DNA of 40,340 nucleotides from Puniceicoccales bacterium (GCA_031282565.1 JAITDL010000024.1:1-40340), one strand, 5' to 3'; shown: positions 17,271 through 26,242, numbered from the stretch's first letter. Program-made: numbers and translations. Notes: generated by a model from the sequence alone, not told the origin.

Positions 17271-19144
17271 TTCCGCAAATGACGATCCCGCCAGAAACCG
17301 TGACATTGGCGAGCGCATCACACTTCCCGCCGGAAAATGACGCTAAGGAACAGAGCCCCACAATATTGCTGTTTCTCTGCAAAACCGTTGCAATTCTCTA
17401 CATCTTGCTTTTCATTCCCATTGCGGCCCTTTCCGCGCTATTTGATGCCGTCACCATTTTCAAGTTCAGCGCCATGAGGCGCCTCCCTGGAATTTTCACA
17501 TGGCTGTGGAATGGCGGAAAAATTAAGCACGCTGCTGCGACAAGTCCTCCGGCAGACATCAAGCCAAATCATGTCGGCGATGAACAAGTTGTAGCTGTTC
17601 AAGAAAATAGCAGCACTGACCCGTCAATCGAAGCAACATCTGAAACCGATGCAGCTGCGGTTTCATTGGCTGCTTCTCCAGCGGCGCAAGCTGCTAGCCA
17701 GACTCATCCCGCGACAATTCCTCCAGCTCCCGACGATTCCGATGAGATCACCGATCCTCCTCCGGACCAACTGCCGCCAATATATGTGCCACCGATTTTT
17801 GCAAATTTGCCAGATGGGAAATGCGAATTGGTTCCCGGATCACTTACAAAATACGGCGTCTTCGAACATTGCGGCGCCGAATATGAAAGTTTCACCGTGG
17901 CAATTAGGGCAGTCGGAGCTGACGAAAGTGCCGAATCAACATCCGTTGATGTTTTCGTCAGAAGCAGCGACGGTGATGCTTTTTTCAATCTCGTTGGCGC
18001 CGAGACGCAAACGCATGGCGCAGTGGCCACTAGGCACACAGACGAAAGTAAATGCGATCCATACCTCGGCTGGTGTTTTCCCGTCGAATGTGTCGAAGGA
18101 AAAAGACCACTGGAAATATGGATGCGGCCTTCCGACGATGTTCTTGAGACGATGTACCTCCATTTCGATCACACGATACTTGCCGAACCAATATTCGAAG
18201 CTTTACCATGCGGCAGCGACACCATGGCAATCGCAGCACCATATATCTCCGGTGGTTTTTCTTCTGTACTCTTTGCTTCGCCGCAAAATCCGAACAAAAA
18301 AGACGAGCTTATGGCTATGCTGACAGAAATTGGCAACGGATCCGCCGTTGAAAGTTGCCGAAAAATAGGTGGTGATGGCCTCTACGAGCTAGTCCTGGGA
18401 GAAAAAGCAATTGTCGCACACATGTGGTTCTCAGAGGATGATTTTGTAGCTCCATCGCGGGAAAGCTTTGCAGCTTTTTTTGACCGCGGAAGCTACGCCG
18501 TGGAAAAATGTGAGGTCTGCGGTGGCAATTTATGGGCCGGCATGTGGTTGCGGGTGACATTTGCTGGCGGTATTAGCATACTTATGCAACCATGCGACGC
18601 CAAACTCATAGGCGTATTGCATGATGTTACATTGAAAAAAGAAACAGTTGCCGTAGGCAGAAATGCGGAAAGATTCCGTGGACTTTCGAGTCGTTCGTTA
18701 AAATATCGCGAAAGTGACGGCGAAGATGAGTCGGAGCCGAGCGAAATAGAGGTGTACATACTTACTAATGGTAATGATCTGCCGCCGCTTAATGACATTT
18801 TTGATGCCAGCGAGTACAAACCGAGCACCTTGTGCCCGTCGCAAAACGACTGGCGGACCGAAAATGGCACTACATATGCGCTAGCGTCTCTCAAATTTAC
18901 CAAGCTAGGCGACGATGAACTCCACATAGACGTCGACATTGTCGTCGCTACAGACGACGACAGCACAAATCAATTCGAAGCCATAGTTGATGGCGGAAAT
19001 TACACAATAGATGGGTTGGAGCTAGCTCCAGATGGCGGCGAGATTACGATAGGCGATGGCGCCTACGCTAAATACCTCATGCGGTACACTAAGGACGACC
19101 AACAGAAATCCATGGAAATATTTGTGTGGACATATCCCGTTTGA
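17258..19144 (+). CDS. Hypothetical 628-aa membrane-anchored protein (N-terminal hydrophobic segment, Pro/Ala/Ser-rich linker, novel repeated beta-like modules)
   Basis: Long ORF. Hydrophobic stretch ILLFLCKTVAILYILLFIPIAALSALFDAVTIF. Low-complexity linker ..AASPAAQAASQTHPATIPPAPDDSDEITDPPPDQLPPIYVPPIF. No recognisable catalytic motif. Probable true start ATG 17279. Confidence 0.8.
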   Translation: MALVIPQMTIPPETVTLASASHFPPENDAKEQSPTILLFLCKTVAILYILLFIPIAALSALFDAVTIFKFSAMRRLPGIFTWLWNGGKIKHAAATSPPADIKPNHVGDEQVVAVQENSSTDPSIEATSETDAAAVSLAASPAAQAASQTHPATIPPAPDDSDEITDPPPDQLPPIYVPPIFANLPDGKCELVPGSLTKYGVFEHCGAEYESFTVAIRAVGADESAESTSVDVFVRSSDGDAFFNLVGAETQTHGAVATRHTDESKCDPYLGWCFPVECVEGKRPLEIWMRPSDDVLETMYLHFDHTILAEPIFEALPCGSDTMAIAAPYISGGFSSVLFASPQNPNKKDELMAMLTEIGNGSAVESCRKIGGDGLYELVLGEKAIVAHMWFSEDDFVAPSRESFAAFFDRGSYAVEKCEVCGGNLWAGMWLRVTFAGGISILMQPCDAKLIGVLHDVTLKKETVAVGRNAERFRGLSSRSLKYRESDGEDESEPSEIEVYILTNGNDLPPLNDIFDASEYKPSTLCPSQNDWRTENGTTYALASLKFTKLGDDELHIDVDIVVATDDDSTNQFEAIVDGGNYTIDGLELAPDGGEITIGDGAYAKYLMRYTKDDQQKSMEIFVWTYPV

Positions 19145-19172
19145 CCATGGCAAAAATTCGAAGCAACTTCGG

Positions 19173-19197
19173 AACGGCTATTGTGGGGCCGTTTTTT
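19173..19197 (+). terminator. Possible weak intrinsic terminator after the 628-aa gene
   Basis: AACGGC (19173-19178), 9-nt loop, GCCGTT (19188-19193), then a T-run to 19197. The stem is short (6 bp) and the T-run is part of repeat copy B. Confidence 0.35.
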
Positions 19198-19286
19198 ATG
19201 GCGCCGCGGTGCAGCGTTTCGCCGCTTACCAAAATGTAATTTCGCGGCGCCTCGACCCTAGAAAAGCAGCTCTGCCGAATTAAAAG
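19191..19286. repeat. Copy B of the ~96-bp palindromic intergenic repeat
   Basis: Near-identical to 17096-17191 at an offset of 2095 bp. Arms GGCGCCGCG (19200-19208) and CGCGGCGCC (19243-19251). It lies between the convergent 628-aa and 370-aa genes. Confidence 0.85.
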
Positions 19287-19320
19287 CACGCTAACACATG
19301 GCGCCTTTGGATATTCGAAA

Positions 19321-20433
19321 TCAGCCTTCGGCGGCACCACGCCGCGATTCCACAAATTTGACAAAATTTTCACTCCAACCGTTGTGAACTCCATCCTTCG
19401 ACGTTTCGCCGGTTAAATTTGGTACAATGAAACGCCTTCCAGGAGGAGCGCGGTAGACAAACGGCGACGCGCCTAGTGGGCACGACACGTAGTCGCCTCG
19501 CGTTACAAATGAAAGGTGACTTCGCGCCTGTTCTCCGTTTGCGATTGCGACGGCATCTAGTCCAATGTACTTTTGCACACCTATTCCGTGGCCGAGTGGA
19601 TTGAATGCGATGGACATGCGTTGGTGCTTGACTCCAATCGCGTGGGCATTTGCCCCACCCATTGACATGCCGACGCACACAGGACAGCGGAATACCCCTT
19701 CAGCATGCGGAATGCGTGCGTTATGTCTATTTACCTCCGGCAGAATGCGTTCCGCAAATATTTCATCGTAGGCCTCCAGGTTGTCGGGAATGCCACCGGC
19801 AAGATTTTGTTCGCATGAGATTGCATCCTGCAAATTATGCATTGGCGGATATGGCACGAAGTACGGGACAATGAGCACATCAGGGTGCGCCAGTAAAAAA
19901 AATTTTTCCTTTGTGGTGAATAGCATGCCGATGGCGACGGCTTCTTCGTAGGTATATTGCTGAGGTCCAACGGAACAGCGGCAACCATCACAGTTCTTCA
20001 GTGCGGTAGCTGCCGACGACACAAAACCGATTACGCGGTCTCCCTCTGGCGTCTCAGGAAGAATATCGCTGACTTCATTCGCCACTGCGTAGGTGGCACC
20101 GTCGCGTTCAATAATTCTATCTCCAACATCGACTCGAGCAAACGCACCACCAATTAAAAAATTTACGAGGCAAGCAAAAACTATGGCGAGCCCCATAATT
20201 GCGCGCCAAGTTTTTGTGGCGACACTCATGTCGGCAATTTGGTTGTTCGCGGCGAAAAAAACGTCACCAATCACGACATTGAGTGGCAAGCTTCTCACTC
20301 TCTCTAGAAGCGCAAAGAAATCGCCGTCAATTTCGCCGCCATCACTTCCCGGCAGCACAGTCAACACCGCCGGTTCTTCGCCTGCTTTGTAGGCAGTGCC
20401 ACCGAACGCCTGCAACTGCACCGGGAAAGTCAC
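19321..20433 (-). CDS. Hypothetical 370-aa membrane-anchored alpha/beta-hydrolase (lipase/esterase-like, GxSxG)
   Basis: TM segment WRAIMGLAIVFACLVNFLIGGAFA (about residues 76-99). Nucleophile-elbow motif CVGMSMGGANAH (Ser257, codon 19663-19665). Candidate downstream acid and His in TRGDYVS and DGVHNGW. Confidence 0.6.
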   Translation of the reverse strand: MTFPVQLQAFGGTAYKAGEEPAVLTVLPGSDGGEIDGDFFALLERVRSLPLNVVIGDVFFAANNQIADMSVATKTWRAIMGLAIVFACLVNFLIGGAFARVDVGDRIIERDGATYAVANEVSDILPETPEGDRVIGFVSSAATALKNCDGCRCSVGPQQYTYEEAVAIGMLFTTKEKFFLLAHPDVLIVPYFVPYPPMHNLQDAISCEQNLAGGIPDNLEAYDEIFAERILPEVNRHNARIPHAEGVFRCPVCVGMSMGGANAHAIGVKHQRMSIAFNPLGHGIGVQKYIGLDAVAIANGEQARSHLSFVTRGDYVSCPLGASPFVYRAPPGRRFIVPNLTGETSKDGVHNGWSENFVKFVESRRGAAEG

Positions 20434-20563
20434 ACCTAGAGTTTACAGCGCAATGGGGCTCTGGTCAAATTATTGTGCGGCAGCGTAGGACCAACCGTTG
20501 GGCGGCAAGCAAATAGATTTCGCCACCGCGGACCGATAAAAATCCGAAACAGCTTCGGGACGG

Positions 20564-21145
20564 CTACTGCTGCGGCCGTCGTCCGCGTCCGCCGCGGTGC
20601 CTCGGGCGGCCGTTAAAATTCGTCGAATTAGCTGCCGTTGAATTCCCGCGAGGCTGTGACTTTTGCCTGCCAAATGGCCAGACTGCGCGGAAAATCTTCC
20701 CCAAAACGCCGCCAGTGCTGGATTTCGCCGCCTCTTCGCCGTCACCACGACGCCCCTGGCTGCCATCGCCGCCGCGTCCACCGCTCCATCTTCCCTGGCG
20801 CCTATCCGAAGGCTTGCGACGAAATTGCCTATCTTCGGGCCTGGTTTTTTGCCGGGACTCACCGCCGGAGCCGCCGACAACGGCCGTTGAGTACTTGCCG
20901 TCCGAATGTTTATCGCAGTCAACCACGGCGTCGCACGGCTTTTTCCCGTCGGCACATTTCTCTCCGCCAAAGGTCGTCGCGTCCACGGCGCAGGGACCAA
21001 TTTGACATTTTTGTCCGGCGCTGTTTCCACTGCGCGCACTATTGCTTGCAATGGGGTTACGCCTTCTGCGTGGCCTTCTCGTAGAATTTTCGGGTGCAAC
21101 TTTCCCAGCAAACTCCTCAGTTCCATTTTCTCTAAATTCAGGCAT
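20564..21145 (-). CDS. Hypothetical 193-aa Cys-rich / Arg-Gly-rich (RGG-like) protein
   Basis: ATG 21145 is preceded by GGAGAGG with a 5-nt spacer. The frame shows RNY-like codon periodicity (gac/gcc/ggc/gtg). Product contains RRPRRRR, CQIGPCAVDATTFGGEKCADGKKPCDAVVDC and C-terminal GGRGGDGSQGRRGDG...GRPRHRGGRGRRPQQ. Confidence 0.55.
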   Translation of the reverse strand: MPEFRENGTEEFAGKVAPENSTRRPRRRRNPIASNSARSGNSAGQKCQIGPCAVDATTFGGEKCADGKKPCDAVVDCDKHSDGKYSTAVVGGSGGESRQKTRPEDRQFRRKPSDRRQGRWSGGRGGDGSQGRRGDGEEAAKSSTGGVLGKIFRAVWPFGRQKSQPRGNSTAANSTNFNGRPRHRGGRGRRPQQ

Positions 21146-21366
21146 TATGACCTCTCCAAATGAATGGCAAAATAGCTGACACAACTTCCGGTGCAGCGCC
21201 AAGACAAAACGACATTCGCATGGCTGGCCACCCGTGCAGCGCGCATGGAAATAGGCCGCTGAAAGCAAATGGCAAAACCAGCTCCCACTCCCCCATGGCT
21301 ACTTTTCAACGCAGGCATGCAACAAAAAAACATTGCTCATGTCGAGAAAAAAAATATGCGTGAGCC

Positions 21367-21765
21367 ATGACCCACGGGCAGGAAGACAATGGCCATTGCA
21401 GGTTGCAGCACCTTTTCGAGTTGCAAAAAAAATTCTCAAAACGGCTAGGTATTGATGCGGAGAATTTTAGCGACGAGGAGCGCAGGCTGTGGGTACTCAA
21501 CTACTCCAGAGCAATGCAGCAGGAAATCGCCGAACTGGTTGACTCCATGCCCTGGAAGTGGTGGGCAAAATATCAAACTTTTGATCTGCAAAATGCGCAG
21601 GTGGAAATAGTTGACATTTTCCATTTCCTCATCTCAGCCGCCCTCGCCCTCGGCATGGACGCCGATGATCTCTACGATAAGTTTTGCAAAAAAAACGCCG
21701 TCAATCACGAGCGCCAGGACAGCGGCTATTCGGAGAAAAATTCCGACGACTCTCGACACATATGA
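21367..21765 (+). CDS. Dimeric (all-alpha, MazG-like) dUTPase-family nucleotide pyrophosphohydrolase
   Basis: 132 aa. QQEIAELVDSMPWKWWAKYQ and VEIVDIFHFLIS resemble the dimeric dUTPase (dUTPase_2) pattern E..E..d...WKWW / E.vD..HF. Confidence 0.6.
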   Translation: MTHGQEDNGHCRLQHLFELQKKFSKRLGIDAENFSDEERRLWVLNYSRAMQQEIAELVDSMPWKWWAKYQTFDLQNAQVEIVDIFHFLISAALALGMDADDLYDKFCKKNAVNHERQDSGYSEKNSDDSRHI

Positions 21766-21846
21766 CCTTTACACATATCGCATTGCGCTTGAACTGCGAA
21801 TGCCGTCGCCATTGGTATTATGGTTGCTTAACCTTAACTTTTTTAC

Positions 21847-21874
21847 TTGACGACGCCACGCATTCATGTAGTGA
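21847..21874 (+). promoter_or_regulatory. Putative promoter of the 589-aa gene (TTGACG-N16-TAGTGA)
   Basis: TTGACG 21847-21852, TAGTGA 21869-21874, GTG start 21881 6 nt downstream, no SD. Confidence 0.4.
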
Positions 21875-21880
21875 CTGTCT

Positions 21881-23650
21881 GTGAACTGCGTAAACCCCCA
21901 GTCCCCGGACGCCATCCATTACTTCGACAGAGCTGCCTTTTGGCTTTTTGCATCACCGCCCGATAAGAGCATTCATTCTGTTCCGACACAACTCCTTCCA
22001 TCCCTGCCTGTGAGGATTGTCACTGCGATTTGTTCAGTTGCCAGCGGCGGGATATTTTTGCTAATTATCTACATCTACTTCCGCGTCCAAAAGAATAACC
22101 CAAATTCCTCACTTGCAATCATCGTACGCACTGTTTGCATATCGCCGTGTGGCGTTGGACCAAGATCAAAACAACGCCGACCATACGACGAACCTTTCGG
22201 CAGCGCCGTTGAATCCTGCGCCAAACCACCACCATCCGTTGTGTATATAAGGAGTCAAGAACCGGTATCTGGTTTCGTTACACCGCCACCTCAGACACCA
22301 CAAGTTGGCACCACACCGCCGTTTCCACATGCCGCACTCGCGGCTGCCTTTGGACTGCCATCCGACACCACTCCGCAACCAACTTCCGGAGCCCCCTCAG
22401 CTGCAAGACCCATAAATCTGTCAAATGCCGTACTCACAGCTATGAGTGGAACGCTGCCCCAATCCATTCGGCCGCCGCTCTCCCCCGGCGACACTGAATA
22501 TGTTCACGCTTTAGATGATTTAGTGCAATCGGCGCATTTGAATATTTCCATCAACCTACATTTGCGGGGCGTTGTGACTGACAGCACCGTGCCTCCAGTT
22601 GGCATTGTTAGCGGCGATGAAGGCGGCTACAAAGCACTTTCAGCCTTGGCAAACTATTTCTTTGAGCCATTTCCAGCGCCAGCCGTCGTAAAACTACCAA
22701 ATAGAACAACACGGCTTACATTTGACGACCCACTTCATACGCTGCTCGCATTGTCCATAGACGGCGCCACTGGAGAGTTCGGACTGACAGAAAAATATCA
22801 ATACCCGAATCAGTATCCATGTATGGCGCAGCGTTTGGAAATTTGCTCAATGCCGCCCGCCGGAACAAGCTCAGATAAAATTTTCGCTGAACGGTCACTA
22901 GGATTTCAATCCATCGTTCCAGCCCTAAAATTGCGCCCAGGCATTGACCTTTCAGGGAAAGACATATTGCTGTGGAATTATTTCACGAGTTTGCTCGATT
23001 GCAAAAGCGGGGAATACAGACAGCAACAGACAGTCCGCAGAATGGCTGAACTGATAGTTAAAAATTTTATCTTAGATCATGATGGTCGCAACACTATTTG
23101 CGATGTAGTAAATCGTGAAATAATTAGCGAAATGCGTAAGGATAGTGAACTTTCCGACAAATTCCCCGATTTGGCCGGCGCCTGCAAAACATTTATTCCC
23201 GCAAATATTTGCGATGCTGTCGCCGACCTGGCCATGGCTTCCGCCGCCACTGGAAAAGATTTTCACATAGCGGAATTTGTTGAGCAATATATGATGGTCG
23301 AAATTCTCTTCACACATGGCGGTGCATATTCTAAATATGATAATGCCGTTCCATCATCAAATCTCATAGCCGCCATGGCCGCATGCGCTGGTCGCGCAGC
23401 TGAAAATGTCATACATCGTTTTACCGATAAAGGTTTGCCAGCAAGATTTATGCTAGCGCACGCCGCGTATGTAGATAGAGGTATCCCAGCAAAAGACAAT
23501 CCTGTGACTAATCTCATGCTATCGGCAAAAATGATTGCAGCCATAGAAAACCTAGTCGACACGCCACTGCGCGACGCCATACCGGAAATATGGAGGCAAG
23601 ATCGTAGTAGCGTTGCCATGGCGGATTTAGAGGAATCGACGTCGGACTAG
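21881..23650 (+). CDS. Hypothetical 589-aa membrane-anchored protein (TM helix, Pro-rich linker, novel C-terminal domain)
   Basis: TM helix VRIVTAICSVASGGIFLLIIYIYF. Pro-rich tract VTPPPQTPQVGTTPPFPHAALAAAFGLPSDTTPQPTSGAPS. About 370-aa C-terminal region with no motif I recognise. Confidence 0.75.
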   Translation: MNCVNPQSPDAIHYFDRAAFWLFASPPDKSIHSVPTQLLPSLPVRIVTAICSVASGGIFLLIIYIYFRVQKNNPNSSLAIIVRTVCISPCGVGPRSKQRRPYDEPFGSAVESCAKPPPSVVYIRSQEPVSGFVTPPPQTPQVGTTPPFPHAALAAAFGLPSDTTPQPTSGAPSAARPINLSNAVLTAMSGTLPQSIRPPLSPGDTEYVHALDDLVQSAHLNISINLHLRGVVTDSTVPPVGIVSGDEGGYKALSALANYFFEPFPAPAVVKLPNRTTRLTFDDPLHTLLALSIDGATGEFGLTEKYQYPNQYPCMAQRLEICSMPPAGTSSDKIFAERSLGFQSIVPALKLRPGIDLSGKDILLWNYFTSLLDCKSGEYRQQQTVRRMAELIVKNFILDHDGRNTICDVVNREIISEMRKDSELSDKFPDLAGACKTFIPANICDAVADLAMASAATGKDFHIAEFVEQYMMVEILFTHGGAYSKYDNAVPSSNLIAAMAACAGRAAENVIHRFTDKGLPARFMLAHAAYVDRGIPAKDNPVTNLMLSAKMIAAIENLVDTPLRDAIPEIWRQDRSSVAMADLEESTSD

Positions 23651-23730
23651 CAGTCCATTCCGCGCTCGACAAATGCGAAAAAAGAATGATGTAACTTGCC
23701 AACGTCGTCAAATGGATCAGTAAAAAACCG

Positions 23731-24879
23731 TTGACTGCAACTCAGCCGTGGACAGATTCCACCCCAGCAGTGAACGGTAAACGCAAACTTTTGAAACTAC
23801 TTCCCGTGGCTTTGTCGGTTTTTGCCGTCGGCTGCGGATCCGTTGGCCCCGTCGCAATTCGCCGCGACCATGGAAATTTTAACCAGGCCATAGCGCACAC
23901 TCTCGACGAGCAGCTATTGCTTAACATAGTGCGCATGAGGTACTTGGAAAATGCTCTGTTTCTGGATGTCGGCACCGTAACTGATTCGCGCAGCCGCAGC
24001 TACCGCGCCGGGACAGATGGAACTACGGTGTTTGTGGATCCATCGGACAAAATAATGGAATTCGTTCCAGCCGTAGGGTTTGTCGCCTCGCAAACGCCAA
24101 CAGTCGTCTACACGCCGATGCAGGGGCAAAGTTTTGTGAAACGAATTTTTTCACCGCTGCCGCTGCCAATTGTCCTCAACGCCATACAATCCGGCTGGTC
24201 GGCGAGCAGAGTATTTGGCGTTTTCGTCGAGCGCATTAACAACTTGCAAAATGCTCCAACAGCTTCCGGACCAACGCCAACGCGCGTGCCATCCTGCGAA
24301 GAATTTTACCGCATGACGCAGCTGTTGGACACACTACTTCGCGAGGGAGGCATCACCATGGGCATAGACCCGGAGGACCGCCGCTGCCTCGTTATCCAAT
24401 TCTACGGCAACGAGACAAATTCCCAAACGATCCGTGAAATCAAGGAGCTGCTGGATCTACCGCAGCGCAGCGACCGCTTCATCTTCCAGGAGAATTTTTT
24501 GGCGGTCTCGGACTCAGCTCTGCGGCTTCGCATGCGCTCCATCCAAAGTGCGCTGTTCTACCTCGGCAATGGAGTGGAGGTTCCAGCTGAACATCTTGAC
24601 GCCGGCATCGTCTCCGTAACCCGCTACCCAAACGGAGACGCCTTCGACTGGGCCAGCATCCTGGCGCCGCTATTTACGGTGCACGCATCGAAGGAACGAC
24701 CGGCAAATGCATTTGTGGCCGTGGAATTTAGAGACCATTGGTTCTACATTTCGGACAGCGACGTGACATCGAAATCTACGTTTGCACTGCTGGCGAGCGC
24801 GTTCAGCCTCCAGGCCGGCGACGCCCAATCCGTTGCACCAACACTCTCCGTGTCCATCGGCGACCGCAATGGCGGCTAG
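23731..24879 (+). CDS. Hypothetical lipoprotein (382 aa)
   Basis: Signal peptide with lipobox KRKLLKLLPVALSVFAVGCGS. Start uncertain: TTG 23731 or GTG 23770. Confidence 0.7.
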   Translation: MTATQPWTDSTPAVNGKRKLLKLLPVALSVFAVGCGSVGPVAIRRDHGNFNQAIAHTLDEQLLLNIVRMRYLENALFLDVGTVTDSRSRSYRAGTDGTTVFVDPSDKIMEFVPAVGFVASQTPTVVYTPMQGQSFVKRIFSPLPLPIVLNAIQSGWSASRVFGVFVERINNLQNAPTASGPTPTRVPSCEEFYRMTQLLDTLLREGGITMGIDPEDRRCLVIQFYGNETNSQTIREIKELLDLPQRSDRFIFQENFLAVSDSALRLRMRSIQSALFYLGNGVEVPAEHLDAGIVSVTRYPNGDAFDWASILAPLFTVHASKERPANAFVAVEFRDHWFYISDSDVTSKSTFALLASAFSLQAGDAQSVAPTLSVSIGDRNGG

Positions 24880-24927
24880 CGTTGCAATTGGCGCTGAACG
24901 ACGTGCGACATGCAAAATCGTTTTCGA

Positions 24928-24955
24928 TTGTAAAAGTTTTGGTTCCAAGTAGAAT
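24928..24955 (+). promoter_or_regulatory. Putative promoter of glgC (TTGTAA-N16-TAGAAT)
   Basis: TTGTAA 24928-24933, TAGAAT 24950-24955, GTG start 24962 6 nt downstream. Confidence 0.4.
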
Positions 24956-24961
24956 TTTCCG

Positions 24962-26242
24962 GTGAATAGGCCGAAGGTTCTGTGCGTCATCATGGGCGGC
25001 GGAGAAGGCAAACGGCTATTCCCGCTCACTAAGACGCGCTGCAAACCGGCTGTGCCCGTTGGCGGGAAATATCGCCTCGTCGACATTGCCCTCAGCAATT
25101 GCATACACTCTGGCTTCAACCAGATTTACCTGCTTACACAGTATCATACGCGCTCGCTACACCGCCACGTGCGAGACACCTACAACTTCGACCATTTCGA
25201 TGGCGGATTCGTGGAAGTTCTTTCGGCGGAACTAGTTTGCGGACGAAATCCAACCTGGTACGAGGGAACTGCCGATGCGGTGCGGAAAAATTTAGGCTAT
25301 CTTCTGCTGGACGACGACGATCTGGTGCTGGTGCTCGCCGGAGATCAGCTCTACCGCATGGACTTCGCCAAAATGGTTGAAGACCACCTTGAAAGAGGCG
25401 CCGAGGTGACCGTCGCAGCGAAATTAGTTCCATCGTGGAAAATTCGTCAGTTTGGCGCCATTGAGATGGACGACAATTTGCGCATCACTGGATTCGTCGA
25501 GAAACCAAACGGCAGCGACGAAGTTCGCCGCCTGCACATTAGCCAGGAAATTGCAAGCCGACACGGACTTCCACTGCCACCAACGGACCCCCACTGCCTG
25601 GCATCCATGGGCAACTACGTATTCCGCTTCGGCGCACTAAAATCGGCACTGTCGGGCAGCGAAAATGACTTCGGCAAAGAAGTTATACCCAGACTACTTA
25701 GTGACAATGTGCATCTCCACGCGCACATTTTCAGCGGCTACTGGGAAGACATTGGCACCATACGCTCATTTTTCGACGCGAACATCGCGCTCACCGACAT
25801 CGTTCCGCCATTTGATTTTTTCGACGCCGAGCGGCCGATCTTCACAACTCCGCGCTATTTGCCTGCGTCAAAGGTAAACGGCTGCTCCATGGAACAGGTT
25901 GTAATCGCCGACGGCTGCCTCATCGACAATGCATCACTGCGCCGCTGCGTCGTTGGCACTTGCTCCGTCATCCGCCAGGGTTCGCGCCTGGAAAACGTCC
26001 TCATGATGGGCAATGATTTCTTCGAAAAGCGACACGGATCAGACGGCAGCATTCCCTGCGGCATAGGGAAAAATTGCCGCATCGGGAACGCCATATTGGA
26101 TAAAAATGTCCGCATTGGAGACGGCGTGTGCCTATCCCCCAGCGGCAAGGCAAATGGATATTCAAACGGCGAATGCGTTGTCGTCGATGGCATTGTGTGT
26201 GTTCCAAACGGAACTACATTGGTGAGCGGTTTTATTTTCTGA
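24962..26242 (+). CDS. glgC: Glucose-1-phosphate adenylyltransferase
   Basis: 426 aa. VIMGGGEGKRLFPLTKTRCKPAVPVGGKYRLVDIALSNCIHSG, WYEGTADAV, YWEDIGT, and a C-terminal left-handed beta-helix region. Confidence 0.9.
   Translation: MNRPKVLCVIMGGGEGKRLFPLTKTRCKPAVPVGGKYRLVDIALSNCIHSGFNQIYLLTQYHTRSLHRHVRDTYNFDHFDGGFVEVLSAELVCGRNPTWYEGTADAVRKNLGYLLLDDDDLVLVLAGDQLYRMDFAKMVEDHLERGAEVTVAAKLVPSWKIRQFGAIEMDDNLRITGFVEKPNGSDEVRRLHISQEIASRHGLPLPPTDPHCLASMGNYVFRFGALKSALSGSENDFGKEVIPRLLSDNVHLHAHIFSGYWEDIGTIRSFFDANIALTDIVPPFDFFDAERPIFTTPRYLPASKVNGCSMEQVVIADGCLIDNASLRRCVVGTCSVIRQGSRLENVLMMGNDFFEKRHGSDGSIPCGIGKNCRIGNAILDKNVRIGDGVCLSPSGKANGYSNGECVVVDGIVCVPNGTTLVSGFIF

Noticed and set aside
133-19286. Possibility that the three repeat copies form a CRISPR array
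   Set aside because: Only three copies exist, spaced 2.1 kb and about 17 kb apart with full-length genes between them. The repeats are about 96 bp and diverged, and there are no cas genes.
20470-21126. 218-aa alternative minus-strand frame, plus plus-strand ORFs at 20638-21084, 20663-20890, 20715-21005 and 20906-21163
   Set aside because: These are open frames in a GC-rich stretch. They lack the strong SD and the first-position-G codon periodicity seen in the frame starting at 21145. Kept only as a caveat in the finding.
17083-21300. Classical tRNA-integrated genomic island or prophage
   Set aside because: No integrase, recombinase or phage genes were seen. The direct repeats do not include the tRNA 3' end and enclose only one gene. 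It is reported instead as an unexplained repeat-flanked cassette.
24915-24940. Small hairpin AATCG-TTTT-CGATT after the lipoprotein gene, considered as a terminator
   Set aside because: The 5-bp AT-rich stem is too weak, and it overlaps the putative glgC -35 box.
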